Origin: Strigamia acuminata
Taxonomy: Eukaryota
NCBI GenBank assembly: GCA_949358305.1
Contig: OX442314.1
Span: 4,836,001 to 4,900,000, forward strand
Direction: 5' to 3'
DNA length: 64,000 nt
Shown here: in pieces, positions 50,001-63,239 of the stretch
Position numbering within the stretch: position 1 is the first letter of the stretch
Layout of the letters: each line of letters opens with the position of its first letter
The notes under the pieces: model-generated
Databases searched by the model: none
What the model was told of the DNA's origin: nothing
The model's input: only the letters and a program-made list of their open reading frames with translations
Position numbers and translations under genes: made by a program

Positions 50001-53000
50001 CCAAGATTCTTTGTTATTGCAGACTTCTAGTATTAGTAAAGGGGCACTAAAGTTTTTTTTATTGACTGTATAAGTCTTGCCACTCTGGAATCAAAATTGT
50101 TCGGTGGTAAAATCATCCGAAGAATGTTCTTTTGTTGCTGAAAGGAACGGAAGAGATTTATCAACAATTAGCGCCACCATCACACTTCATCAATAAATCA
50201 GTCAAATTTTAATATTTAATTAAATTAAATTGAATTAATATTGAACTACCGGCGTTTAATAATAATAATTTTTTCAGTTTTCTGATATCTCAAGTATTTT
50301 GGAAATTATTTGGTGGTGTTCTATTCGAATACAACGCCGTGGTCTTGTTTTCGGGTGTAGACGGTAGCCAATGAGAATATTTGTTTAGATAAAGGGTGTA
50401 ATGTGTGCAGTACACATTTAAAAAGCGTAATGTCCGGAAAGTGTAAAACCCGGTTTTGGTGGAGGAAACAGGATGAAGAAAGGGGAGAAGATAAATGAGA
50501 CCTCCATTGAAATTGAGAGAAAGACGTACTTTGTTGTCTAATGACAGTGCAGGTTCAATGCTGATACCACTCTTGTTTACAACAAACAACGCCTGTGCTG
50601 AATTCCAGATAGCCGAAAGTTTTATCCAACCTCAGATAACATACGTCAATTTCGCTTGTTCTGCCACTAGCGATGACTAGGCTCAAACTACTATTAAAAC
50701 TTTACAATGTTCACACTTTACTGATTTTTTTAAAGATACATTGTTGGAGATTTTGAATTATGTCTATCCCACATTGCAATCTATTTTGAAGCGAATTGGG
50801 TTTCACGGGAATGCATTTTGTAATACATTTTTGCGTGCTGTTTGTTTGCGGTGATAATGCCGGATTACTTAACTTTAGCGATGCTGTTTTTAAGGTGCTT
50901 AGATGCAGTTAGGTTAGGTTAGTTTACGTTAGGTTAGGTTAGGTCAGGTTAGGTTAAATTAGGTTGAAAAACAACGTCGCAAAAAGACGAACCCATATTG
51001 GAATCTTGATTAATAGAGATGGTGCTATTGCCCCGCTGCAGGTGAAGTTCTTCGACTGTCAAAGCATTTGACGCGAATGTTTTCATTAATCAGGAGCATC
51101 TTGAAAGTCAAGAGGACAAAGAGGCTTCATGTAGCAGGCTCAGATCTTTTCCATGTTCAAGTTGGCAGCTTCTTTTTGTTATTCAACAATTCAACAATGT
51201 CATTTTGATGGTTTTAACACCAGATGTGCTCATCACAATGTATTATTCTACGCCATTGTTCTTCCTTACAAGACATGTGCTGTTTAACTATGCATAGCAG
51301 TCACTTTCTTGTATAGGCAGTGTGTAGCAACAATATGATTTAATAAGTTTATCTTGTTGAACATTTGAATTTTTCTCCTGATGCAATTTTTTCTGTCACA
51401 AAATGCCAGTCCTCTGTCAGGTGAACCTGGCTTCTATTATGGATAAACTAATAGCACTGACTTTGTATTATTCATGGTTGCATTGTCAATTTTGATCTAA
51501 TAGTGGTAAAAAGCACTATTAATAAATGGGCTATCTATTGAAGAGAAGAGAGAGAGCTGGATATGCTTTTTGGGTTATGATTCACTTTAAGTGCCTTCAG
51601 GCCATTTGGAATGACTACAGACTTTGACAAAGGAGATTGGGAAAGAGGAGGATTCTGCTCATCTGCTTTCAATATCAAATTTAATGTGTTCAAATAATTT
51701 ATCACTGAAGTAACTTTGGACTTTAAGAGTTTTTTTTTTGGCTAATTCAGTTTGGTGATCTGCTCGAGCGAGATGGAAGTTTTTCGGAGGGGAAATGAAG
51801 GGTCTGGAAGAAACTTGTCAACTTCTGCTATCTAACCACATATTGCCTAGATTTGTGCAAGAAGAGGAGAACTCCGAGTAAAGTCATCTTGAAACATAAT
51901 AACAAGGTCGTTGACGTACAAAGCAAGTAGTTTTTCACCAAAGGCTTTTCGATCTTGCGATCATCTTCAGTAGTGTGAATTTTATTTGATAGACAATTAT
52001 AATGGGAAGTGTCCTTGGCAGTTATCTAGTTCACACAACTGGATTAGAGTTGTCTAGTTTTAAAAAATGTAAACTTTATTCTGATTTGACTCAAGAGGGT
52101 GCCCTTCTTCCATTGGCCGAGCCACATTACTCCTACCTCAAGTTTGTATTACTACCACTAGGAGAAGTAGTTTTTATTTTTCTTATGTTTTGTGATTTCT
52201 ATTACCATTTAAGTTGATATAAGTTTGATTATTTTTATAAAAAAATGTTATTTCCATTTAGGAAATAAAGTTTTATGCACATATAAATGTAAAACTCATG
52301 TTTGTTATGTTTATTGGTTACTATGTCTGGATAGTAAACAATTTTGAATTTTTGGCAGTTGCCTAGGCAATCGATTACAATGTCTGTACATTGTAATGCA
52401 TTTCTGGTGTTTGGGTCTACATTTTTGGATCACTACACCAGTGATACGGCTCGGCCAATGAGAGAAGGGCACCCTCTTGAGTCGAACCAGAGTATAGTGC
52501 GTTATTGGAGGTTCGTGCGCTAATTGCAAATTTTATTTTGCTCTTCGCGCACAATTGGAGGGGCGGGAAGAATTGGAGGCTTGTGGGCAATTGGAGGATA
52601 TACGGTAGATATCCAGAATTGAGAGTTTTCGGAAGGGTACTTGTGCGTTATAAAGGGTCAAGGTATAACCTCAAACTCTTATAACGGGGTATAATTTTAA
52701 CGAAGGGCTGAGTTATAACTTTATTTGATGGAGTAAGGGAGCCAATCCGGTTCAGGTATGCTTATGATTTTGCCATTATGGCACCTGACTCATTTTTCTT
52801 CTCTAAATTTAATTAAATGAATGTCTCATCAATCTCAAGCTTAATCTAAACATCATCTAGCTTAGAATGTTCCTTAAGTTTATTTGCTTAAGCAAACTGA
52901 TGCAATCAAAAACCAGAAACAAATTTGACACAATCCATTGTTAAATTGATGGAATATTTTGCTTACAGCATCACGACCGATCAACATTTACGGTTGACCT

Positions 53001-53381
53001 GCTGATTGATCTGCATATGGGCTCATGCTGCAGCTAACAATTTTATAATATAACTTCATAACTCAAAAGTGCTAACTCGCAAACAAACAAATTTATAAGT
53101 TTTCAAAAGTTGCTTAATCCTTCCAACCTTAGAATGGGTCTTTTTTGTGACACCATTTTTAAAAAATCATTATTTTTATGTGAAATAATTTTTTTATCTG
53201 ATTTATGCTGACTATTCCTTTGAAACATCACTAGACACTACACCGCAATTGAAATTTTTTTAATTTTTTAATTTTGTCTGTAATTTGAAACCAAAGATTA
53301 ACTGGGTAAAAAAAGACCCACCTAGGACATAAACCCAACGTTGTGTGTTAGTGAAATATATATAAAATTTATCGAAACGTA

Positions 53382-54712
53382 CTAGTCAAATCCATATATC
53401 CTCATACTGCTGTGAAAGTGATAGAAGTAAAATATTTGGATTGACCTCAAATTAAATCTAGTTGTAATTAAACCTTGAAATTTTAAGCAGTTAAATAGGT
53501 AGATCTAAAGAAAGTATGAACAAAATTTCATGGCAATCTGGCTTGAAATAAAAAAAATGGAAGCATATTTCAAAATAACATTTTATTCATATATCCTCAT
53601 ACCAGCTTGCACATGATACTAAAATCTTCATACTCTATATTTTAATGTAAGAATATTTACATTCACAAAATAGCTTTATGTAAATATGATCTTGCGAGTA
53701 AGAATAGCATAAAACCTTTTAATTATAGATAATTTGTCAGTAAAATATCTCCAGGAAAGGCTGTTGTGAGCGCTGAAACCTGACTCTATTGAACAAGTTG
53801 CACATTGACCAGGATATTTTCCTTTTAAAACTTATAGTATTCCCTTTAAGAACAGCAGTATGTTCTTGATTTCATCTTTTATCATACTGCTACTGGTTAG
53901 CGAGTTCATATGACCACCGAAAAAACCTGATATCTGGTTTATCAAGGCCTGAAAATTCCACTCACATGTGCCACAGAACCGCCACTCAATTTTTCACCTG
54001 TTTGCACATCATCATCAACTTCCAGTCATGCCAATTGCTTCTCCTACATCTAAATTGAGTTATTTTCATGCAAAAATGAGACAAAGTACATTAACACATC
54101 TAGAACATTGTTTTTCATATGATGATCAAATGGTGAATTCTCTGCTCGTGGTGCTCTGATTGCTGTGTAATTGTAAGACACATAAAAATAGTACAAGATG
54201 TGCCTGAAAGCTCTATTGTATCTGACATTTTACCTGCTACTAGCCTAGCACATGTTACCAGGGCACAAATGCCATTTAGTTCTGATCAATGTGCAACTTT
54301 GCTATTCCACTCATATTTTAGTGCTGTAATCTCTTTTTCCTGGTGCCATTTTACTGACAAATGATCTATAATTGAAATATTTTATGCTATTCCTACTAGC
54401 AAAATCATATTTATACAAAACTATTTTGTGAATGTAAATATTCTTACCTTAAAATACAGAGTATGAAGATTTTTGTACCATGTGCAAGCTGGTATGAGGA
54501 TTTATGAATCAAATGTTACTTTGAAATATGCTTCTAGTTTTATTAATTCAAGTCCGATTGACATGAGATTTTGCTTATACTTTCTTCAGATGTATCTATA
54601 TAACTGCTTAAAATTTCAAGGTTTAATTCAAACTAGATTTAATTTGAGGTCAATCCAAATATTTTATTTCTATCACTTTCACAGGAGTATGAGGATATAT
54701 GGATTTGACTAG
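53382..54712. mobile_element. Non-autonomous long-TIR DNA transposon (TA TSD)
   Basis: ~370-380-bp imperfect inverted arms (~53382-53760 and ~54335-54712) beginning CTAGTCAAATCCATATATCCTCATACT. TA on both flanks. Confidence 0.85.
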
Positions 54713-56714
54713 TATATAAATTTGATCTAAATATTTATAAAATTTATCTAAATGTATATAAAATTAATTGAAATGGGACAATTACATGCGTTCACGTGCT
54801 GCGTCAGCCATCTTTGTTGTTGGAATACAGCAGAACGCGGATGTTGCGCATGCGCAGAATCTCGGTCAATTCATGCCCATCTCAGGGAGAGAGAGGAAAG
54901 GAAGAGTTAAAGCGGTCTAATACGTTAGTTTGAGAAGCGCTGATCTACAGTACTGAAATCTTCAGTTTATTCCTCTATTGATGCTCAATGTCATTCTTCA
55001 TCCTTTTGTTGTTTTTGCTTGGCCTTTCCTTTTTTTGCTAAAGCATCATTAATGTCATTAAATCCAAAAGCTTATTGTGCAGCCCTGAGCTCACTTGCTA
55101 AAAGCATAGACCTAAGGCTTGACAGAATTCTTGAGCGATCATTCAATTTTATCTTCCGTAGTTTATTCTTTGGTAATCAGCCATTCAGAGTTCTTACTGT
55201 CACAAAATGCATTTTTTGGTGAACTGGAACCATCAAAAGCAGGATTGGGAATATATTTGCAATTGTACATGCATGAAAATCTTTACATTTACAGCAACAG
55301 TTTATTATCTTAATGTCATAAAATTGTGTTTGCACTGGAAATCCATTTTGAAAATGGAGCAATAAACTCCCAAATCAATGTGGTTTACCAGCCTCACCTG
55401 CTGGAATTTTTAAAATGGATGTGAGACACAACTACTATAAGTTTTGGCACTGGGAGTGAATGGAGGCAGAAATGAAGCACAAGTGGGGATTTTTGGTGTT
55501 TGGATGACTCAAGTTAGTGGCAAACTGCCAAATAATGAATAAAATGATCCAAAAAGAAGCAATCCTTTTATAAATTCTGCAGTATATATCCTACTTAAAC
55601 CTCTTTCATTCTTCCAAAGATGGTCTTTTCTTTGAGACTCAAACATCAAATCCTTAAAAATAAAAAACTCCTGGTGAATAAATAACAATCTATATATATA
55701 TTTCTTTCATTCTTTTCTGTTATTGGAGGAAACGCATGACTAGACTTGTTTATCCACATAATAGCATTAAATTCCTTGGAGATCAGTGTGCTGAAAAGGT
55801 TGTTAATTGATTCTTAGCAGATTAGCATTTAACTCTTAGATTTCTTTTGTTTTCGCCATCGTTGAAGATCAACCAATCAATAGAATTGAGTCTTTCAGAG
55901 ACTGCAGTGCTTGTGGTTCTATTTTTTTTATGTGTTGGCAATGGCAGTCCAGTATATTTTTTGGCTGCTGCAAAAAATTGCCAGTGATTGTTTTGAAAAA
56001 GTTGACATTTTTCAACTTAGAAAAAGGTGAACGGAAATTTTGCAAACCACGGTGTCGTTGCTGAATGTCGGAACCTTGGCGAAGATTCATCGGAGAATAA
56101 CAGTAAAAATCACTCTGCAGGAAGAATAATACTGCTTGAATATAAAGAATTCTGTGTGTTGTAACTGTTTGTAACAATGTGAGAAAGAGGTGCATTTAAA
56201 TAAAGTATTGACTGTTTTGTTTAGATAATAACAATACTTTATTTTTTTTAAATTAAACAATTTTGGATTACACACTCCTGCAGTCTCCTTGTAAGACAGC
56301 ATTGTTGTACATGCTTGTGGTTAGAAAATAAGTTTCTGCGTGATTTGTGAATGTGACTTGCAAAGAGAAAAATTGCCCGTACTTTTAACTGTGACTGATG
56401 ATAGCGAGAAACAGGTATGATTTGGTTGGAAGGGGGAGCCCTTTTAAGTGTACACCCTTGTTTGGAAGCTTTCAGCCAGATGAGTTCAGCCATCGAGATT
56501 TCGACGGTCTTAGACATTGGCAGCAATGATATTACTGATAAATGAAAATCAATCCCATTATGGTGGAAAGCTAATAAATAATCCTTTGTTATCAAACTAC
56601 ACAACAATGATATTTTTATATATATTTTACCAATATATAAAATTTAACGATTGAATAATGACATCAATTAATTGACGACATCTTTTAAACCTACCCGTCG
56701 ACAAGTCACGGTAG

Positions 56715-56795
56715 CGGTTGGTAACTAGTTACTTTTTTGGTCAAGTAACGGTAACGGTAACAAGTAACCAAATTCCAGTAACGCATACAACACTG
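56715..56795 (-). mobile_element. Orphan hAT-like terminus, same family as 13769-13852
   Basis: Reverse complement CAGTGTTGTATGCGTTACTGGAATTTGG...CCAACCG. Confidence 0.65.
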
Positions 56796-58289
56796 GATGT
56801 CGGCAATCACGTGTCATTCGCTGCATGCCAACTAAGCATGTTTGTTACCTGCTGTCATCCCAGAATGCAGTGTGGCTTTGTATTATGTGGCGCCATCGGT
56901 GGCAAAATGCACTGAACATGTTTATGGTGCTAGACATGCGAACCAACTTGTAGTCTGAAGTTTGTATCTCTGAAAGTTCGTATGTAGAAGCCTCACTGTA
57001 AAATGTATTTTGTTTGGTCTAATAAATTACATCGCCGATGATCGTAGCAAGATTAAAAGGCTTTCGGTAGAAAAACTACTCCGTATTTGTTTTGTATTTT
57101 GTTGGATAATTAGTGTCATTAATGTCACTATCCAATCTTTAAAGATAGCTTAAGCTTCTTGTGTCCAAACCAACAGCAGCTTTCCCTGCATTGCGTCAAA
57201 AACTTCAACTTAAGTTCAAATTAACGTCAACTTGATGCAATTTTGATGTTGCAGAGATGCAACCAGCTTGCGTTGAGCGGTGTCTCTTAGCGTTGTGTCT
57301 GGCGAGATTACAAGCGTGGACCTACCGTTGTTGCTGTTAAGAGTTCGGTCGGAGTTGTCGCGGCTCGATGTGACGTTGTAGTCCTAATTTCAGCAGATTG
57401 AGCTGAAACAGTGTGAAACCTGATAAGTCTTTAAGCATGCAAACAATGCAAAATAAAGATGAAGTGATCATGTTGAACAATCGGCTGATTACAGAGTGGT
57501 GAGACAAGCTCTTGTTGCATTGTGAACATCTGTAATTAGTGTTTCTGGAGCCGCAGCAAAAAGCCGGTTTTAATTATAAAGTCTGTTCCCAGCTTTGAAG
57601 GAGTCAGATGTGACCAATTCCCCAAAGCTTTCCAACTTCTCAAATTACTGAAGCTTACTTGTGCTAACATAGTACTGGTAATATCCTGTGCACACTGCGT
57701 GGGCAAGATATTATTGAGCTAAGCTTAACCCAACCTGCATCTAGTCTAATCTAAGAAGAATGATAAAAGACAACAATGAATGGAATGATTTGTGGGTGAA
57801 ATGGTAACAATTTGGCTTTGCCGAAAGGCATGTGACAGACGGCCTTGGGGAGAATGTGGGGCCTGTTGGAAATGTATCATGCGGGCGCTGGAGGGCCGGG
57901 GTATTTGTCGCTTTGGGATTTTGGGTCTCCATTGTTACAAACTGGGGCCAAAAAAGTGCTGTCTCCAGGCCAAAACAGGAGAAAAAAATGTGTTGACAGT
58001 TTTTGTGGAGACGACGGAGGCCCAAGGACACATTTGTTGCTCTGGGCTTTTGGGTTCTCTATTGTTGCAAAGTAAGAAGGAAAAAAGTTGCTTTTAGGCC
58101 AAAAATAGAAAAAGGATGTTGGAAGCTTTGGAGTGGCCTAGTGGCAGTTTTAGGGCTAGGCGAGCCGGGCAGATCTACTTTTTTGGGGCCCTGAAGCTTA
58201 AAGTGTTATAGCGGCCTCTTCGTCATCGACAACTGACAATGATAGCGTGCATCGAACATTTTCAAGAGGAAGTCTTCTTTTTTTGTGCT

Positions 58290-58720
58290 TCTGGGGCCCC
58301 TCTGGGATTAGGGGCCCTTTTGGGATTAGGGATAGGGGCCCTTCTGGAATTAGGGGCCCCATCTGGGATTAGGGATAGAGGTTCCATCTGGGATTAGGGG
58401 CCCCTTTAGGATTAGGGGCCCTTTTGGGATTAGGGGCCCCTTTGGGATAAGGGGCCCCTTTGGGATAAGGGATAGGGACCCCTTCTGGGATTAGGGGCCC
58501 TCTCGGATTAGGGGCTCCTCTAGGATTAGGGGCCCTCTTGGATTAGGGGTCCCTTTAGGATTAGGGGCCCCTCTGGGATTAGGGGCCCCTTTGGGATTGG
58601 GATAGGGACCTCTTCTGGGATTAAGGGCCATCTTGGATTAGGGGCCATCTTGGATTAGGGGCCCCTCTAGGATTAGGGACCCCTCTGGGATTAGGGGCTT
58701 TTTTGAGATTGTGGGCCCTG
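58290..58720. repeat. G-rich ~18-bp array GGGATTAGGGGCCCCTCT, probably inside a MITE
   Basis: Bracketed by GGGCCCTGAAGCTTA copies (~58186, ~58713) and GATCTAC/GTAGATC motifs. Confidence 0.9.
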
Positions 58721-59095
58721 AAGCTTAAGCTCCATCAGTTTCAATGTAGATCCACTTGACCTCATGCTTTAAGGAGTCACTTGCAGACATGAGGCTTTCG
58801 TAAGACGTTTCGCTAACGTTCTTTGACGTTGATGTCGCTTACTTTTGCTTTTATTTGTTAGGGGCATTGCACTTGGAGAGGCCCCAGAATTTGGGATATG
58901 GAGGGCACCGAAATCCAAACAGGTTCTTTTCAATTTAATTTACGATTTAATGTGGCTTACTTTCTCAGCAAGAATTTAATGGTGTAATTTACGGCGTGGC
59001 CCCTTTGTCAGTGTTCCAGGAACCTCTCATATTCCTTACTAAAATGGGCTGACATAATAATTTGGAGGAGAAAAATATTTTTAGTCGAAATCGAA

Positions 59096-59203
59096 CACGC
59101 GGCGGAGACAACGACACCTTGAAATTCCACCGGTTTTTATTCGGTATTGAACCCGCATCCCTGGAGGCCGGGAGGCAGAGCGTGCTAACCACTCAAGCAC
59201 CGC
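59096..59203 (-). mobile_element. tRNA-derived SINE head
   Basis: Minus strand GCGGTGCTTGAGTGGTTAGCACGCTCTGCCTCCC...GCGGGTTCAATACCG: A and B boxes with tRNA-like spacing, no intact acceptor stem, followed by a non-tRNA body. Confidence 0.7.
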
Positions 59204-59499
59204 AAGAAGAAAAAAAGGGAAAAAAAGAAGCGCCATTGTGAAAACTTAAAAGCCATCTATGGGATCACTTTGTAAGGCTTGTCACGAGGAAATCGCTAGA
59301 GATTGCTGACAAACAAAATGGCTGCACATTATTCGACGCGAGCAACTAAGTTTGAAATTCCTAACACGCTACTGGATGTTTCTGATGAACAAAATGGCCG
59401 CACACTTCTTGATGCAGGGAGAACGACATTTGGTTGAATCTCTGGCACATGCAGCTAAATCCTTATCTAAATCTTTGCGAATCCCGCTTGAATTTTTTC

Positions 59500-60140
59500 A
59501 AATCCGGCTTGTATCTTTCTGAATCCTGCATAAATCTTTCTGAATCTTGCTCAAATCATTCTGAGTCTTGCCCAAATTATTCTGAATCTTGCCCAAATCA
59601 TTCTGAATCTTGCTCAAATTATTCTGAATTGTGTCCAAATCTTTGAATCTTGAATCTGTGATGATGATGAAAAAAAATAAAAATGAAAGAATAAATGGAG
59701 AAAATCTATATTAATGAATCTCATCTAAATCTTCCTCAATGCCATCTGAATCTGTCTGAATTTCATCTAAATGTTCCTGAATCTAATCTGAATCAGTTTG
59801 AATTTTATCTGAATCTGTTTGAATTTTATCTGAATCTGTTTGAATTTTATCTGAATCTGTTTGAATTTTATCTGAATCTGTTTGAATTTTATCTGAATCT
59901 CTGTGAATCCAATATGAATCTCTGTGAATCCAATATGAATCTCTGTGAATCCAATATGAATCTCTCAGAATTCTATAAATTCTTTGAATCTTTTTGAATC
60001 TGCGTGAATCATTAAATCTTAAACCGAATTTCTTTGAATTCCTTCCAAATCTTCCTGAATCCCACCCGAATCTTCTTGAATCTTTCCTGAATCCCATTTG
60101 AATCTTTTTGAATCTCACCCGAATTTCTCTGAATCTCATC
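59500..60140. repeat. 21-bp-based GAATC arrays
   Basis: For example (GAATCTGTTTGAATTTTATCT)n and (GAATCTCTGTGAATCCAATAT)n. Confidence 0.85.
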
Positions 60141-60727
60141 CCACAGCCTATGAATTTGAATACCGTCTGAAGCGCCTCGAATTTTACAAATCCTTATGAA
60201 TCATTCTGAATCCATGTGAATCACTCAATCCAAATAAAATCCCAAAAAACTTCAATCTCTGCCGCACATTTTGATTGTCTGACCCCTCAACACGTGCAAA
60301 GACGTTTGAGATTTCAAACAGGCCACTAGAGGTCGCTGAACACAATAGTCGCTTAGTGTTGATGCGAGAGGCGCTGCCAGTGAAAATTTGCCGGAATGTT
60401 ATTGTTGCATTCCGAGCGAGCGCCATAAAAATAGGGATTAAAACAATCATTTTTTGCTAATTGTTTATCGATAAAAGATTAAAGAGGTAAACGTTTGTTG
60501 TGTTTGTGTATTGGTTGCTACGTGTTGCTCTCGTAAAATTTAAATGGAATTTTAATTAGGTGCGAAACGGGTTTAATTGCCAATGCAGCTACAAGGGCGT
60601 GTTGATTTAATTTCGCAATTTTTCTGTGAGTTGGGGATTTGCTTTGAGGTTTTTATTTATTTTTCATTATTTCTTTTGTGTCTGTGTGAAAATTGCGATG
60701 ACAGCGTGGGGATTTGCAGGAGCGCCA

Positions 60728-60768
<41 letters not shown>

Positions 60769-60949
60769 GTAAAATAAAAAATTGTTTTATGGAGGGCTCA
60801 GGTGTGGGGGATGTGGTTGGATAGGTGTTTGTTTTGAGGTTTTGCAGGTTGGAAATAGAGTTATGGATGATTAAATGGAGGCTTGATGCAGTTCAACTCC
60901 GTTATAGCGTAAAATATTTTTATATTGGAGTTTTTGAACAAAAAAAATA

Positions 60950-61640
60950 ACTTTTAGCACTAAAAACTGATTTTTTGCGTTAAAAAATGACTTTTTGCAC
61001 TGAAAAATGACTTTTTGCACTAAAAAATGACTTTTTGCACGAAAAAATGAATTTTAGGGCTAAAATTGACTTTTGGGACTAAACAATAACTTTTGCACTA
61101 AAAAATGACTTTTTGCACTAAAAGATGACTTTTTGGCCTAAAAAATGACTTTTTGCACTAAAAAATGACTTTTTGCACTAAAAAAATGATTTTTTGCACT
61201 AAAAAATGACTTTTTGCTTTAAAAATGACGTTCTTGCACTAAAAAATGACATTTTGTAAACTAAAAAATGAGTTTTTGCACTAAAAAAATGAGTTTTTGC
61301 ACTAAAAAAATGAGTTTTTGCACAAAAATCACTTTTTGCACTAAAAATTGACTTTTTGCACTAAAAATGGACTTTATGCACAAAGAAATGACAAAAGTGC
61401 TTTTTTCACACAAAATAAAGTCACTTATTCTACTGTAAAGTGGCTTTTTCTACACAAAAGTGGCTTTTTCTACACAAAAGTGGCTTTTTCTACACAAAAG
61501 TGGCTTTTTCTACACAAAAGTGGCTTTTTCTACACTAAAGTGACTTTTTCCACACAAAAATGGCTTTTTCTACGCAAAAATGGCTTTTTCTACATAAAAG
61601 TAGCTTTTTCTACACAAATGGCTTTTTCTACAAAAAGTGG
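60950..61640. repeat. Adjacent 21-bp (AAAAAATGACTTTTTGCACT) and 20-bp (TGGCTTTTTCTACACAAAAG) arrays
   Basis: Direct reading. Confidence 0.9.
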
Positions 61641-61945
61641 CTACGTTCATGTCCGACGTGAACGTATTATTTTCATGACGCGCTGTGATTGGTTGAGAGA
61701 TGCATTCAAATACATTGATGAAAATCCTCATTTTGTCAATTGTGCTAAACACGGATAAGGTTAGGTCTGGGGGGGTCAAGCGGGGGCTACGCCCCCCTTT
61801 GTAAGAAAAAAAGAAGCTAAAACATCGAAAACATTGAATTTGAGAAAAATTACGTTGAGGAAACGAACCGACATGAATAGATCTCAGCCAATCACAGCGC
61901 GTCATGAAAATAATACGTTCATGTCGGACATGAACGTAGCCACTG
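61636..61945. mobile_element. MITE with ~63-bp TIRs
   Basis: AGTGGCTACGTTCATGTCCGAC...TGATTGGTTGAGA at the left and its inverse ending TAGCCACTG at the right. The internal G/C hairpin motif resembles the one inside the 43932 MITE. Confidence 0.8.
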
Positions 61946-62379
61946 CCTTTTATAAAAGTTAAAATTAATATTTGCCCTCGTGCAGCCCACTGCTGATATT
62001 TAAACTGCATATCGGGCCTGATGGTATAAAGTGTGCCCTAGAAGTTGTTGTATCGGAATGGAATGATCTTAAGAAGAAAAGTGACGCTGGGTTAGGATCA
62101 AAGGTGTAACATAAGGTCGATGTGATGATAGCATGTGCTAGGCTAAAGATCACGTGCTGGGTAGAGTAAAGTACGCTTCATGTATGGATTTAGTTGGTTA
62201 AATTCCGAATCTTGGCGTTAAACAAATTTTATTGCATTTACTTGGGCGTCGGCTTGAATTTTACATTATTTTCTTTGTTTTTACAATTTTGATAAAATTT
62301 TACAATCTTGATAAAATTTTACATTATTTTACATTTTTGCAAAAATTTGCATAAAATTTATCATAATTTTAACACATAA

Positions 62380-62830
62380 ACAAACGTAAAAAACGTAAAT
62401 GAAACGTAAAAAACGTAAAATAGACGTAAAAAACGTAAAACAAACGTAAAAACGTAAAACAAACGTAAAACAAACGTCAGTAACGTATAATAAACGTAAA
62501 ACAAACGTAAAATAAACTTAAAAACAAAACAAACCTAAAAACGTAAAATAAACTTAAAAACAAAACAAACCTAAAAACGTAAAACAAACGTAACAAACGT
62601 AAAACGAACGTAACAAACGTAAAACAAACGTAGAAATGTGTTAAAACACGTAAAAACCAACGTTAAAACTGTAAAAAAAAACCACAAATTTAAAAAACCG
62701 TTTAAAGGCGTAAAAAGCGTTTAAAAGCGTAAACAAACGGAAAAAATATTCAAAATAGTAAAACAACGTATCGATAACAACATAAAAATCGTAAAACAAA
62801 CGTTAAAAACACTTAAAACCAACGTAAAAC
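62380..62830. repeat. ~10-bp AAACGTAAAA array
   Basis: Direct reading. Confidence 0.85.
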
Positions 62831-63239
62831 GAAACCAAGTCACCGCTCTCGTCTACACTTTTACAATTAACAGTCCTTCTTGAATTCCTGCAATTTGAAA
62901 CAAAACCCGCGGTCCGTCATCCCACGAACAACACTAGATCCAATTTCCAACCAAAAATTAGAAAAGAAAAAAGACATTAGTCAATTCCTACAAAAATCCC
63001 CCCTAATCCTCTATGAAACTTCTCAAAATTTCCATCAACTTTGCAAATCAAAAAATCCTCAAAGGGTGGAACTGTCAAAAACCCAACAACCAATCGAAAT
63101 TAACCATTACACTTTTGATTTATGACACGCAGCGGCGCACCCACCCTCCTCCTACCAATTCTGGCGGCCATTAAGAGGGAGGCGCTGCACAACACAATTT
63201 GACATGCAATCAAAACTCCCTTCCTACATCCACAACAAA

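Noticed and set aside
54980..56600. Possible decayed coding or transposase sequence on the minus strand
   Set aside because: Frames are interrupted by stops and I recognise no motif.
57741..58194. Cys-rich ORFs resembling a zinc finger
   Set aside because: No consistent motif spacing or splice signals. The region is an imperfect internal duplication.
59096..59203. Functional tRNA gene
   Set aside because: No pairing acceptor stem and an extended non-tRNA tail; better explained as a SINE head.
59434..60139. ORFs with NLFEFYL / DSDKIQT repeats
   Set aside because: Translations of 21-bp GAATC arrays.
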